A stretch of 64,000 bases of DNA from NCBI GenBank assembly GCA_902560705.1, contig CACEMW010000004.1, positions 878 to 64,877 on the forward strand, given 5' to 3'. This DNA is from an uncultured Verrucomicrobiota bacterium (GTDB lineage: Bacteria > Verrucomicrobiota > Verrucomicrobiia > Limisphaerales > AAA164-E04). Positions within the stretch are counted from its first letter, which is position 1. Each line of letters starts with the position of its first letter. Below are positions 25,345 through 34,419 of this stretch, piece after piece. The notes beneath the pieces were generated by a model. The model saw nothing but the letters and a program-made list of their open reading frames with translations. It ran no database searches and was not told where the DNA came from. The position numbers and the translations under genes were made by a program.

Positions 25345-27831
25345 ATGCCAGCTCAAGCTCACAATCCATTCCCAGGCCTGCGACCTTTTGAATTCGACGA
25401 CAACCCGCACTTCTTTGGCCGCGATGAACAAACCACCGAACTGACCACTCGGCTGAGGAAAAATCGTTTCGTGGCAGTGGTCGGAACCTCAGGCAGCGGA
25501 AAGTCCTCCCTGGTACGTGCCGGCCTGCTCCCTGAGTTACTCAGTGGAACCATGTCCGGTGCCGGTTCCAGCTGGGAAACGACCATCATGCGCCCCGGCG
25601 GAGATCCCTTGACCAATTTGGCGCAGAGCATGGTCGATGCTGACTTATATGATCCTGATGAAGAAGACATCGCCGCTCAAGTAAGAGCTACTTTGACCCG
25701 CAGTGGGCTGGGACTGGTCGAAGCCATTCGCCAGAGCGATCTTTCTCAAGGGACCAACTTTCTTCTAGTCGTCGATCAATTTGAGGAAATCTTTCGATTT
25801 CGACGTAGCGAGGATGCCACTGACGAGCAGGCAGCCTTTTTTGTCAACCTGCTGCTGGAGGCCAGTGCGCAAAGCGATTTACCACTCTATGTCATTATCA
25901 CGATGCGGTCCGATTTCCTGGGAGAGTGCAGTCAATTTCCACGGTTGGCAGACACCGTCAATGAGGGCGAGTTTCTCATCCCACGCCTGAATCGGGATCA
26001 ACGTAAGGAAGCCATCCTGGGGCCGGTCAAAGTCGCGGGAGGCAGCATGACGGATCGTCTGCTCTTGCGCCTGCTCAATGATATCGGAGACGATCCCGAT
26101 CAGCTCCCCATTCTCCAACACGCCCTCATGCGTACTTGGGACCTGTTCGCCGCGCATCATGAAACGGGAGATCTCGACCTGGAGCACTACCATGCCACCG
26201 GAGGGATGAATGAGGCCCTCAGTCGACATGCTGATGAGGTATATGGAGACCTACCGGATCCAGAGCACCAGCGCATTGCACAAAAGTTATTCAAGTCGCT
26301 AACCGAAAAGGTTGATGCTAACCGAGGCATACGTCGGCCCATGGCGTTGAAGGAATTGCAAGAGATCTGCGGAGGGGAAGAAGTGCACCTGCGATCGGTC
26401 GTCGATGCCTTCCGGAGGACAGGATGCACCTTTCTCATGCCAGCCGGAGAGGCAGAGATCACACTGAAAACCATCATCGATATCTCCCATGAAAGCCTGA
26501 TGCGGGTGTGGAAAACGTTGAAAGACTGGGTCGATAATGAGGCCCAATCTGCCAAAATCTACCGCCGACTGGCCGACACTGCCAGTCTCTACGCAGATGA
26601 CAAGGCTGGCTTGTATCGCGACCCGGATCTGGGGATTGCCCTGGCATGGCGGCAAGAAAACCAACCCAACCAGACCTGGGCGGACCGGTATTACCCAGGT
26701 TTCCCGGAGGCCATGGCGTTTCTGGAAGCCTCTCAGACAGAAGCTCAACGGGAGGCCAGGGAAAAGGAAGAAGCCCGCAAACGTGAACTAGCACAGGCGA
26801 AAGCACTGGCTGAGGCAGAAAGGGAAAAGGCCGAATCTGAACGACGGGCTGCCATTAAACTGAAACGCCTAATTGCCGGGCTCACAATAGCTATGGGAAT
26901 CGCAATCCTGAGCACGATAATGGCATTCTCGGCCATGAAGAGAGCGAAAGCTAGTGAGGAAAAAGCAATTTTGTCTTTGGTGAGCAGCCAAGAATTATCA
27001 GTTGATGATGTCCGCAAAGCGCTGAATATCATCCATCGAGACGGTCTCGATTTCAAAATGCTATTAACTTCATTGCGACAGAAGGCTTGGGCTTATTACA
27101 CAAGTGGAAATTTAGTTTCTGCAAATGTTGCGATGGAAGCAGCAACCGAGATCAGCCCTAACCATAAAGATTCCCAATTATTACTAGGCTTAATAAAAGC
27201 TAAAAAAGGAGACATAAGCGACTGCCTTGATAAAATAGAACTCTTTACAAACTTGGAAGCAGAGAACCCAAGTAATGATGGATGGGCGACGATTCGTTGG
27301 ATGAAAGGAGCTGCAGTGTTGGGAGTAATTGGAGACGCAGAGATCCAAAAGCAATACTGCGAAACGATGTTCAAGGCATTGCCAGTTCCAGATGATATAA
27401 TTGGTGAACGATGCGCGAAAGCTGCTTTAATATTAAAAGTGCCGGATAATCTTTACCATAAAGCCTATGACTATGCTTTGGTCGCAAACGAAGAAAGGGA
27501 GGGCTCTGATTCCTCGGGTTTGGTGGCATGGAACAGGTGTACAATGGGACTGGCTAGTCTTAGGCTAAACAAGTTAACCGAAGCCTCAAGATGGTTGGAT
27601 AAATCCATGGATGCCATGAGTGGTAACAATCTTTTGGTTCGGGGCCTTAATGTAGCCATACGCGCTCTCGTGGAACTTAAGATGGGGAACATTTTGGAGT
27701 CAAAGCAAACCTTAGACAGTGCGAAAGAAATCTACAACAATATAGATAAGAGCCATGGCGGCTGGCACGATGTACTTTTTGTGGACCTACTAATATCTGA
27801 AGCTGAAGATTTAATCCAAAAACAAAATTAA
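25345..27831 (+). CDS. STAND-type P-loop NTPase with coiled coil, single TM helix and helical (TPR-like) C-terminal region (cassette B)
   Basis: 828 aa. NTPase motifs: NPFPGLRPFEFDDNPHFFGRDEQ, Walker A GTSGSGKSS (25483..25506), LLVVDQFEE and TMRSDFLG. Coiled coil REAREKEEARKRELAQAKALAEAEREKAE. Hydrophobic span LIAGLTIAMGIAILSTIMAFS (26869..26931). About 300 aa of helix-rich repeats follow. Confidence 0.85.
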   Translation: MPAQAHNPFPGLRPFEFDDNPHFFGRDEQTTELTTRLRKNRFVAVVGTSGSGKSSLVRAGLLPELLSGTMSGAGSSWETTIMRPGGDPLTNLAQSMVDADLYDPDEEDIAAQVRATLTRSGLGLVEAIRQSDLSQGTNFLLVVDQFEEIFRFRRSEDATDEQAAFFVNLLLEASAQSDLPLYVIITMRSDFLGECSQFPRLADTVNEGEFLIPRLNRDQRKEAILGPVKVAGGSMTDRLLLRLLNDIGDDPDQLPILQHALMRTWDLFAAHHETGDLDLEHYHATGGMNEALSRHADEVYGDLPDPEHQRIAQKLFKSLTEKVDANRGIRRPMALKELQEICGGEEVHLRSVVDAFRRTGCTFLMPAGEAEITLKTIIDISHESLMRVWKTLKDWVDNEAQSAKIYRRLADTASLYADDKAGLYRDPDLGIALAWRQENQPNQTWADRYYPGFPEAMAFLEASQTEAQREAREKEEARKRELAQAKALAEAEREKAESERRAAIKLKRLIAGLTIAMGIAILSTIMAFSAMKRAKASEEKAILSLVSSQELSVDDVRKALNIIHRDGLDFKMLLTSLRQKAWAYYTSGNLVSANVAMEAATEISPNHKDSQLLLGLIKAKKGDISDCLDKIELFTNLEAENPSNDGWATIRWMKGAAVLGVIGDAEIQKQYCETMFKALPVPDDIIGERCAKAALILKVPDNLYHKAYDYALVANEEREGSDSSGLVAWNRCTMGLASLRLNKLTEASRWLDKSMDAMSGNNLLVRGLNVAIRALVELKMGNILESKQTLDSAKEIYNNIDKSHGGWHDVLFVDLLISEAEDLIQKQN

Positions 27832-27955
27832 TTTGCTACACATGATTCTTTAATTACAACTGCTTCATCGTCGATCGTTTATAATAAAAGATTCAAAGGC
27901 AACCTTACTTACTAAGTTTACAAAAATGATATCTCGGGCCACTGTTTCGTCGACC

Positions 27956-29374
27956 CTAAACCCCGCCCAGAGCCCCGGTGCTGTCGGCAAAGGCGTCGGT
28001 TTCCACGCCCAGGCGATGCAGCATGGAGACGAAAAGGTTGGAGAGAGGCACATCCTCCTGCTGGGCTTTTTGAGTCCAGGGTTCCTTGTCTCCGGGTTTC
28101 CATCCGCCTCGGTAGGCTTTGGCACCGGCATGATTGAGGTAATATCCATGGGACACACCCAGACTTTGGCCCCCCGCTAGAATTAGAGGATAGTTGCGTG
28201 AAAGGTGGAAGGCGCTGGAGGCGGATCCAAAAAGCACCAGACTGTGATCCAGCAGGGCCCCCTGCCCTCCGGGCTCAGGCGTGTTTTTCAGCCGTTGAAT
28301 GAAGCGGGCCAGCTCTTCATGCAGAAATTGGCAGTAGAGGGCGAAATTCTTCCAGCCATCGGGCTGCTTGGTTTCATGGGAGAGCTGGTGGGCGGCAGGA
28401 AAACCGATCGCCTGTGAGAGTCGATCACTGATCCCCACCCCGTTCTCACGTCCAATTTGATAAGTCGCCACACGCGTCGAATCGGTCTGAAAGGCCAGAG
28501 AAATCAACTCGAACATATTCCGTAGATAGGCTCTTGGTTGATCAGGAGAAACTTCCAGATCGAGGTGATCCCTTTGGACTGAAGGCAAGGGGGTGTTCAT
28601 CCACTGCCTGGCCTTCTGCACCCGAAGCTCTGCTTCACGCACCGACTGCAAGTATTCTTCCAGACGGGCCTGGTCACCTGATGGGAGCCTTGACCTGAGC
28701 TGCCGGGCGTCTTCCAGCAGGTCATCCAGAGCGCTCTGGCTGTGGGCCAGTTGCTGGGCCGCCTGCGCACTGTTCTTGACAAAGAGCCCGTCAAAGATGC
28801 GCTTAGGGCGATTCTCCGCAGGAATGGCTCGCCCCTGCCGATTGAAGGACAGGGTGTGTGCCCCCCGTGCCGTCCCCGTGCCGCCTTCCGTCGACAGGAC
28901 CAGTGAGGCGTGCCGGGTTTGGTCACCCACCTTCTCGGCGTAGAGTTGATCCAAGGAGAGCGTGTTCTGGTAGTCCATATCCCCCGTGCCCGTCGCCGCT
29001 CCAGTCAGGAACATATCGGCGTTGTTGTGGCCATGCACGTTGCGACCGGCTGTATGCGACAGCCCGGAAAGAATGGTGAAGTCCTCACGGAGGGCTTCCA
29101 GGGGCTTCATGCACTGGGTCAAGGCGTAGTCCCTGCCCTGCCCGTGAGGGAACCAGGCCCAGTCTTGATGGGCTGGATCATCGGGGCGCGGCATGGGCAC
29201 CCCATCCGGGAAGTAAAAACAGGCCAGCCTCCGGGGTGGCTGGGCGTTGCCCTGCCCCAAGGTTTTCACTCCAGAGAAGGATTCAAAAAGTGGAAGGGCC
29301 AATGCCCAGCCAGTGCCGCGAAGAAATCGACGGCGATCCAAGCGGTTCCAGGGAATATGAAAGGAGGCGTTCAT
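27956..29374 (-). CDS. DUF1552-family protein with Tat-type signal
   Basis: Contains DRRRFLRGTGWALALPLFESF, DSTRVATYQ, HQLSHE and YPLILAGG. The start overlaps the upstream stop (ATGA). Confidence 0.8.
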   Translation of the reverse strand: MNASFHIPWNRLDRRRFLRGTGWALALPLFESFSGVKTLGQGNAQPPRRLACFYFPDGVPMPRPDDPAHQDWAWFPHGQGRDYALTQCMKPLEALREDFTILSGLSHTAGRNVHGHNNADMFLTGAATGTGDMDYQNTLSLDQLYAEKVGDQTRHASLVLSTEGGTGTARGAHTLSFNRQGRAIPAENRPKRIFDGLFVKNSAQAAQQLAHSQSALDDLLEDARQLRSRLPSGDQARLEEYLQSVREAELRVQKARQWMNTPLPSVQRDHLDLEVSPDQPRAYLRNMFELISLAFQTDSTRVATYQIGRENGVGISDRLSQAIGFPAAHQLSHETKQPDGWKNFALYCQFLHEELARFIQRLKNTPEPGGQGALLDHSLVLFGSASSAFHLSRNYPLILAGGQSLGVSHGYYLNHAGAKAYRGGWKPGDKEPWTQKAQQEDVPLSNLFVSMLHRLGVETDAFADSTGALGGV

Positions 29375-32040
29375 GGTGATAAAAAGAGTTCACTGGTTCC
29401 AATCAGCTGGATCAGCGAGGCCAGCCCGTCTCCTTGCTGACGGACTTGAGAGGCGATCGCTTCGACGGCTGCATGATCGGAAAAGTGCAAGGGTCGACCT
29501 AGGGCATAGACGCATAACTTGTAGGTCATCGCCAGCACAAACTGATCTTGACGCTCCTTTAACAGGAAGCGCTTGAGACCGTCCATGCCCTCCAGAGGCT
29601 GGTCGTTGAATAGATGGCTGGTGGCATCCACCGGTTTGCCTTCGATGTCATCGCGCCATCGCCCAAAGGCGTCAAAGTTTTCAAAGGCAATACCCCACGG
29701 ATCAATCTTTGCGTGACAGGACATGCAGGCCTCTTGATTGCGATGATCGGCCAGACGCTCCTTGAGGGTCATGCGGGCGATCTCCGGATCGGCCAGATCA
29801 ATTTCAGGAACCGTAGGGGGCGGAGGCGGAGGCGGATCATTCAACAGGTTTTTCAGCATCCAGATCCCGCGTTTAAGGGGATGTGAATCTTCCCCACTGG
29901 CATTCATAGCCAGAAAACCGGCTTGGGTCAGGATGCCTCCTCGCTTTGAATCACCCTTGAGCGCCACTGGGCGAAAATCATTTCCATGCACATCAGGTAT
30001 CCCGTAATGCCGGGCGAGACGCTCGTTGACCAGGGTGTGATCGGCGTGGATGAAGTCGAGCAGGCTGGCATTGGATCGAAGGCTTTGGTCAAAGAACAGG
30101 ACAGGTTCTTTCTGCATTGCTTCCTTGAGCGCCTGATCCATCACGGCATTGGGTTTGAGGAAATCCAACAACTCCATGCCCAACCATTGAGGAACAAAGC
30201 GTTCTGCAAGCCGGTGAGATCTTGGATCAGCCAGCATGCGCTCGATCTGCGTCACAAGGACCTCTGATGAACTGAGCTCCCCTTGCTGAGCCAACTCAAG
30301 CAACGGTTGATCCGGCAGACTACTCCACAGAAACATGGCAAGTCGTGTAGCCAACGCCTCGTGGGTCAGCCGATGAGCCACCAAATAGCCATTCGGCTCC
30401 TTGGTGGGGACTGTTTGCGCGCTCAAATACAGAAAGTTGGGAGAGGACAGAACAGTCGCCAGCACTTCGACCACTGCCTCTTCCAGCCCAGAAGTCGTGG
30501 GTCGAACCGCTTCATACAAGGCAAGCTTGCGATCCAGCTCTGCATCGGAAATCGCCCGCCGCCACATCTTCGGCATCCAGTGCTCCAGCAAATGCCTGAC
30601 GTAGACGGCTTCCTCCTTGAACTCGTCGCTGTCGAAAAAAACGCGCTGGTGCGAAGCTGGTGGCCACTCGGCTTGGTAAGGAGCGATGATTTCCACGTAA
30701 TCGATCTGAATATCGCCCTGAGACACCGAGCTATTGACCAGGCGAATGTGTTCAGACGGGCTGGGCGTGCCTCCCATGGGAGAGATCTTGCGCACATTGT
30801 TACGAGGATAAATGTCGCCCAGTGGAATATCCCATTGGTAAAACTCTGGAGCCTCAGGCGGGGCGTCGACGGGAAGATCGCGCTCACTGACGCGCATCAA
30901 GGCACGTCCTTCATTGCTGGCCTGCCAGCCAAAATGAAGCTGCAGACTGGGGATGGTCGCCTCTTCCTGCGAGGTTCTGGAAGCCCGCACCCGCACCCGC
31001 ATCAGCCCCTCATCGGGGAGTTGGTCTCCCAGCTCCACCACCAGTTTGTGATGCCCCCCAGGGGGCAGGATGGCGACTGTATCCGAAACCTCGGGAAGTT
31101 CCGGCGGATTCTCGGTTGGAGCAAAGGCGTATTTGGCGCCTCCGTAACTCCAAGTATGACGGGCAGTTCTTTCACTGGAGCGGTTGTAGTAGTAAACCCC
31201 AACGTGAGACGCCTTCAATTCAGTCAACTTTTGTTCGAGCTTTTGCTCAAGAGCCTGCGGATCGTCCTGATGGGCTTCTCTTAGTTTCTCAAGGGCCTCT
31301 TCCTGCTCTTTCCAAAGGGTTCGACTAGCCTGTTGCATGGAGACCCCCCAGTAAAGAGTCGGTGGCCTGGTCCCCAAAGCGGTGGCACGCTTGAGAGCCT
31401 GGCGAGCCAGTTGACGGTAGCTTTCCAGTTGGCTCACCGACATGTGCAAATGCTCCACGCTATTTTTGAAACCATCCTCTGAGCGGGCCTCAGGAGGCAA
31501 ATCTCGGCCAAATTGCCAAGGTAGCCCCAGAAGGTCCTGCAGGGCGTAATTGTATTCATAGGCGGTCATGCGCCTGAAGGAGGATGGATTCTGATCGGAA
31601 CGCCGAAGCATCGAGGCAGTTCGAATCTCACCGGAAAGCCATTCCATGACCTGTGCGCGATCGCCCTGCGTCAAGGCCGATTCTTCCGGAGGGGGCATCT
31701 CGCCGTTGCCAAGGACCGCTCGCACCTCTACCCACCAATCCACATCTGAGCCTTCGTGCAGGTTCGGATCGAGCTGATCGATACGGAGGCGTGCCTTGGT
31801 TTTTTCAGGACCATGACAAGGCACGCAGTGCTGTTTAAGAATGGGGGCAATAGCCTGATCAAAGGATTGGAGCTTCGGCTTCGGGCGCTGGTTTGCCAAT
31901 GACTCCCTCGTCCGAAGCCTAAGTAGAGAGTCACGAGCCCCTTCAAGCTTGAGCTCGTTCAACGCGGACACATGGGTTGCCGCGCTGAGTGAGCCTAGGC
32001 TAACCAGCAAACACAAGATACCATATCGCATCCAAGACAT
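29371..32040 (-). CDS. secreted DUF1587/DUF1592/DUF1595/DUF1588/DUF1585-family protein with an N-terminal CXXCH
   Basis: The ATG at 32040 gives signal peptide MSWMRYGILCLLVSLGSLSAA. Motifs: CVPCHGPEK, RRMTAYEYNYALQDLLGL, GILTQAGFLAMNASGEDSHPLKRGIWMLKNLL and CMSCHAKIDPWGIAFENFDAFGRWRD. Confidence 0.8.
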   Translation of the reverse strand: MSWMRYGILCLLVSLGSLSAATHVSALNELKLEGARDSLLRLRTRESLANQRPKPKLQSFDQAIAPILKQHCVPCHGPEKTKARLRIDQLDPNLHEGSDVDWWVEVRAVLGNGEMPPPEESALTQGDRAQVMEWLSGEIRTASMLRRSDQNPSSFRRMTAYEYNYALQDLLGLPWQFGRDLPPEARSEDGFKNSVEHLHMSVSQLESYRQLARQALKRATALGTRPPTLYWGVSMQQASRTLWKEQEEALEKLREAHQDDPQALEQKLEQKLTELKASHVGVYYYNRSSERTARHTWSYGGAKYAFAPTENPPELPEVSDTVAILPPGGHHKLVVELGDQLPDEGLMRVRVRASRTSQEEATIPSLQLHFGWQASNEGRALMRVSERDLPVDAPPEAPEFYQWDIPLGDIYPRNNVRKISPMGGTPSPSEHIRLVNSSVSQGDIQIDYVEIIAPYQAEWPPASHQRVFFDSDEFKEEAVYVRHLLEHWMPKMWRRAISDAELDRKLALYEAVRPTTSGLEEAVVEVLATVLSSPNFLYLSAQTVPTKEPNGYLVAHRLTHEALATRLAMFLWSSLPDQPLLELAQQGELSSSEVLVTQIERMLADPRSHRLAERFVPQWLGMELLDFLKPNAVMDQALKEAMQKEPVLFFDQSLRSNASLLDFIHADHTLVNERLARHYGIPDVHGNDFRPVALKGDSKRGGILTQAGFLAMNASGEDSHPLKRGIWMLKNLLNDPPPPPPPTVPEIDLADPEIARMTLKERLADHRNQEACMSCHAKIDPWGIAFENFDAFGRWRDDIEGKPVDATSHLFNDQPLEGMDGLKRFLLKERQDQFVLAMTYKLCVYALGRPLHFSDHAAVEAIASQVRQQGDGLASLIQLIGTSELFLSP

Positions 32041-32240
32041 GATCAAAAATCCACTGAGTTCATCATCCGTTGCGCTGTAGGCATTCACCGATGTGACACA
32101 CCACTTCAACAAAATAGATCCGCTTGCCACTTGAAACAAGGCCCTTTTCCGCCTCGCTCATAGAGTTGTTCACTTCATGGCCTGGATTGAGCAAACTGCA
32201 TCAACCGCTGCCTGGCCTGACGGCGAAGAGATAGTTGAAA

Positions 32241-34209
32241 TCACTTCTCCTCTTCAAGATTATTCTCTTCCCAATCATCGAAACCTTCAGGCAACAGCCC
32301 ATACCGCTTCATCATTTCCATATCCACCATCATAGATGATTCGTCTTCATCATCTTCGGGTTCCCTCAGCACGACGGGAAAAGTTTCCTCGCGCCCCTCG
32401 ACGCGCCAAAGGACGTCATCGGGTTCATCTTCATAGTTCCAGGACCGATCACGCCAATGAACTGGAATAAGCCCAGGAAAACCACCCTCGTCCTTGCCGT
32501 TCCAACCCACCGAATACAACTCAAACCCATCGCTCCCCAGTCTTCGATAATGAAAGGGTTGGCTGGACATCGGGTCCTGCGGCATGACGTCGCAAAATTC
32601 GGGCACGAGATTCTCCAGTTGTTCAGGGTAACGCCCATGCTTGAGATAAAAGCGCTCTAGTGACACCGAGGCCTTAGCCATCTCCACCATCAGCTGTCCT
32701 TTGTAAAATCGCTCGTAGACGCGCAATGCTGGAGTCAACATCGACGACAGCAGTCCGAACTCTCGACCATCGTGGTTAGGCAATTGAGCCTCCAGATCAG
32801 ACCATGGAAGACCTTTAAATTGATTCAAGATATTTTCCGCTTCCATCTCCAACTGATCATAAGAGGCGTAAAGTAGGCGCAGTTGCTTGATGTAAAAGGC
32901 CTGCGTATGAGCATTGACCAACACGCCAACCATTCCCCTCGCAAGACGTCTTCCCCCCCCCCGGTAAAGGTCTTCTTATTATTCCCCGATCTAGAGTTTC
33001 GAGCCAAACAATAAGGCTAAAGATATCCTTGTCAGCAAGATCCCTAAGCCATGGACTCAAAAATGCCCGCTCCATGTCCATAACTTTGGGAATACTTGCC
33101 TCGAATTGGATTTCTGAAAGAATTTGTTCCATCCATAGCCACTGCTCATCCGACCAGAGATGCTGATTCTGCACGGCTACGAGACAAGCTAGACCTGATG
33201 ACCAATTCGCCAGCTCTACCAATCGAGAAATCATCATGTCCGACATTCCGGTGCGGTGCACCACGACCATATCTTGCATCGTCTGAAAGGATTTCATTGC
33301 ATCCCGGCGATAGGCTTCAAAAAAAAGTCTTTGTCTAGCTCTTTGAGAAAGTGCTTTCAGTTTTGCCAAATGGGGCAGCATCATATGAGGACCGTTGTCA
33401 AAGTTGTAAGGGTAAACATCCTGCTCGCGTTTCATTGCCTCCACAAAGGCCCGGAAGCGATCTTGGTTGACTGCATAATTAGGCTTCAGGGCATTTAAAA
33501 GGGACTCAAGATTCTCGAAAGGTTCCTCGGAAACTTCACTTTCATCCTGGAGATGGTCTTCTTCATACTTTTGGGCCCAGGCCAAACTGTAAAAAGTCTG
33601 CAACGGGTTAAAGACCGAGGTTGGCATCTCCTCTAACTGGTCGAATCGAAGACCTTGAGGAGTTCCCCAAGGCAAGGCTATCCATGCATATTCCTCCTCC
33701 ATTCGCCCCCTCGCCAACTCCCCAGCATCCGGTTTGGAAGGTGGGTGTTCAAAAATATTATCGTCTGGACTGACATTCGACTGCCCTGCTTCGGCCAGCG
33801 TGATCAACAACGGGTGATCCCAGACATTGTTCTCAGGCACGACCTCCGGAGCATTGTGCAACATTGCGGGATCTAAGACTTTACCTCGGGCCTGCAGTGC
33901 CTCCTCGACTGCGAGGAGTTGATGCCATTCCCTTGATTTTAGATAAGCACCGCCTGCAACCCATAAAGCAACCAGAAGACCATGAGCCGCAACAACCCAG
34001 CCCATCTTTCGAGTTCGCTTGAGAATGAGCACCAAAAGTCCAAAAGGATAAAATAGAGGCATGAGGAGGATGAGCCCCCACCACCAACGACGGCGAAAAC
34101 CGATCACAAGGGCTGCCAACCACACTAAGAGGTGCAGTAGGTTGAATAGAACAAGCAGCAGCAAGTGCTCAGGGAGCACGTCGGGAGAGAAAGGAAAAGG
34201 ATCTGACAT
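32241..34209 (-). pseudogene. hypothetical multi-TM protein interrupted by a frameshift in a G10 tract (about 685 aa if repaired)
   Basis: ORFs 32857..34293 and 32241..32933 overlap in different frames around the homopolymer at 32953..32962. Removing one G joins ...RRPLPGGG to RRLARGMVGVLVNAHTQ.... The N-terminus (start at 34209, MSDPFPF) has 3-4 TM helices. Confidence 0.55.
32953..32962. repeat. C10/G10 homopolymer at the frameshift site
   Basis: The sequence ttcccccccccc ggtaaagg was read directly. Confidence 0.9.
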
Positions 34210-34419
34210 GTGATTGTTTTTAACCGAGGTTGATGGACAGCAGAACTTATTGGTTCTTGGTATGACACGCATCTTCACGTCAAAAGACGCCAAATGATTC
34301 AGGGTATAGCGACAATCTGCGTGGGTTTTGAAGACACTTCAACGCGTCTTGCCGCCAGAGCCTGCTCATCAAGCCCAGCTGTGGAGAATGAGGATTTGAT
34401 CCAAATGGGTGGCAAGGTT

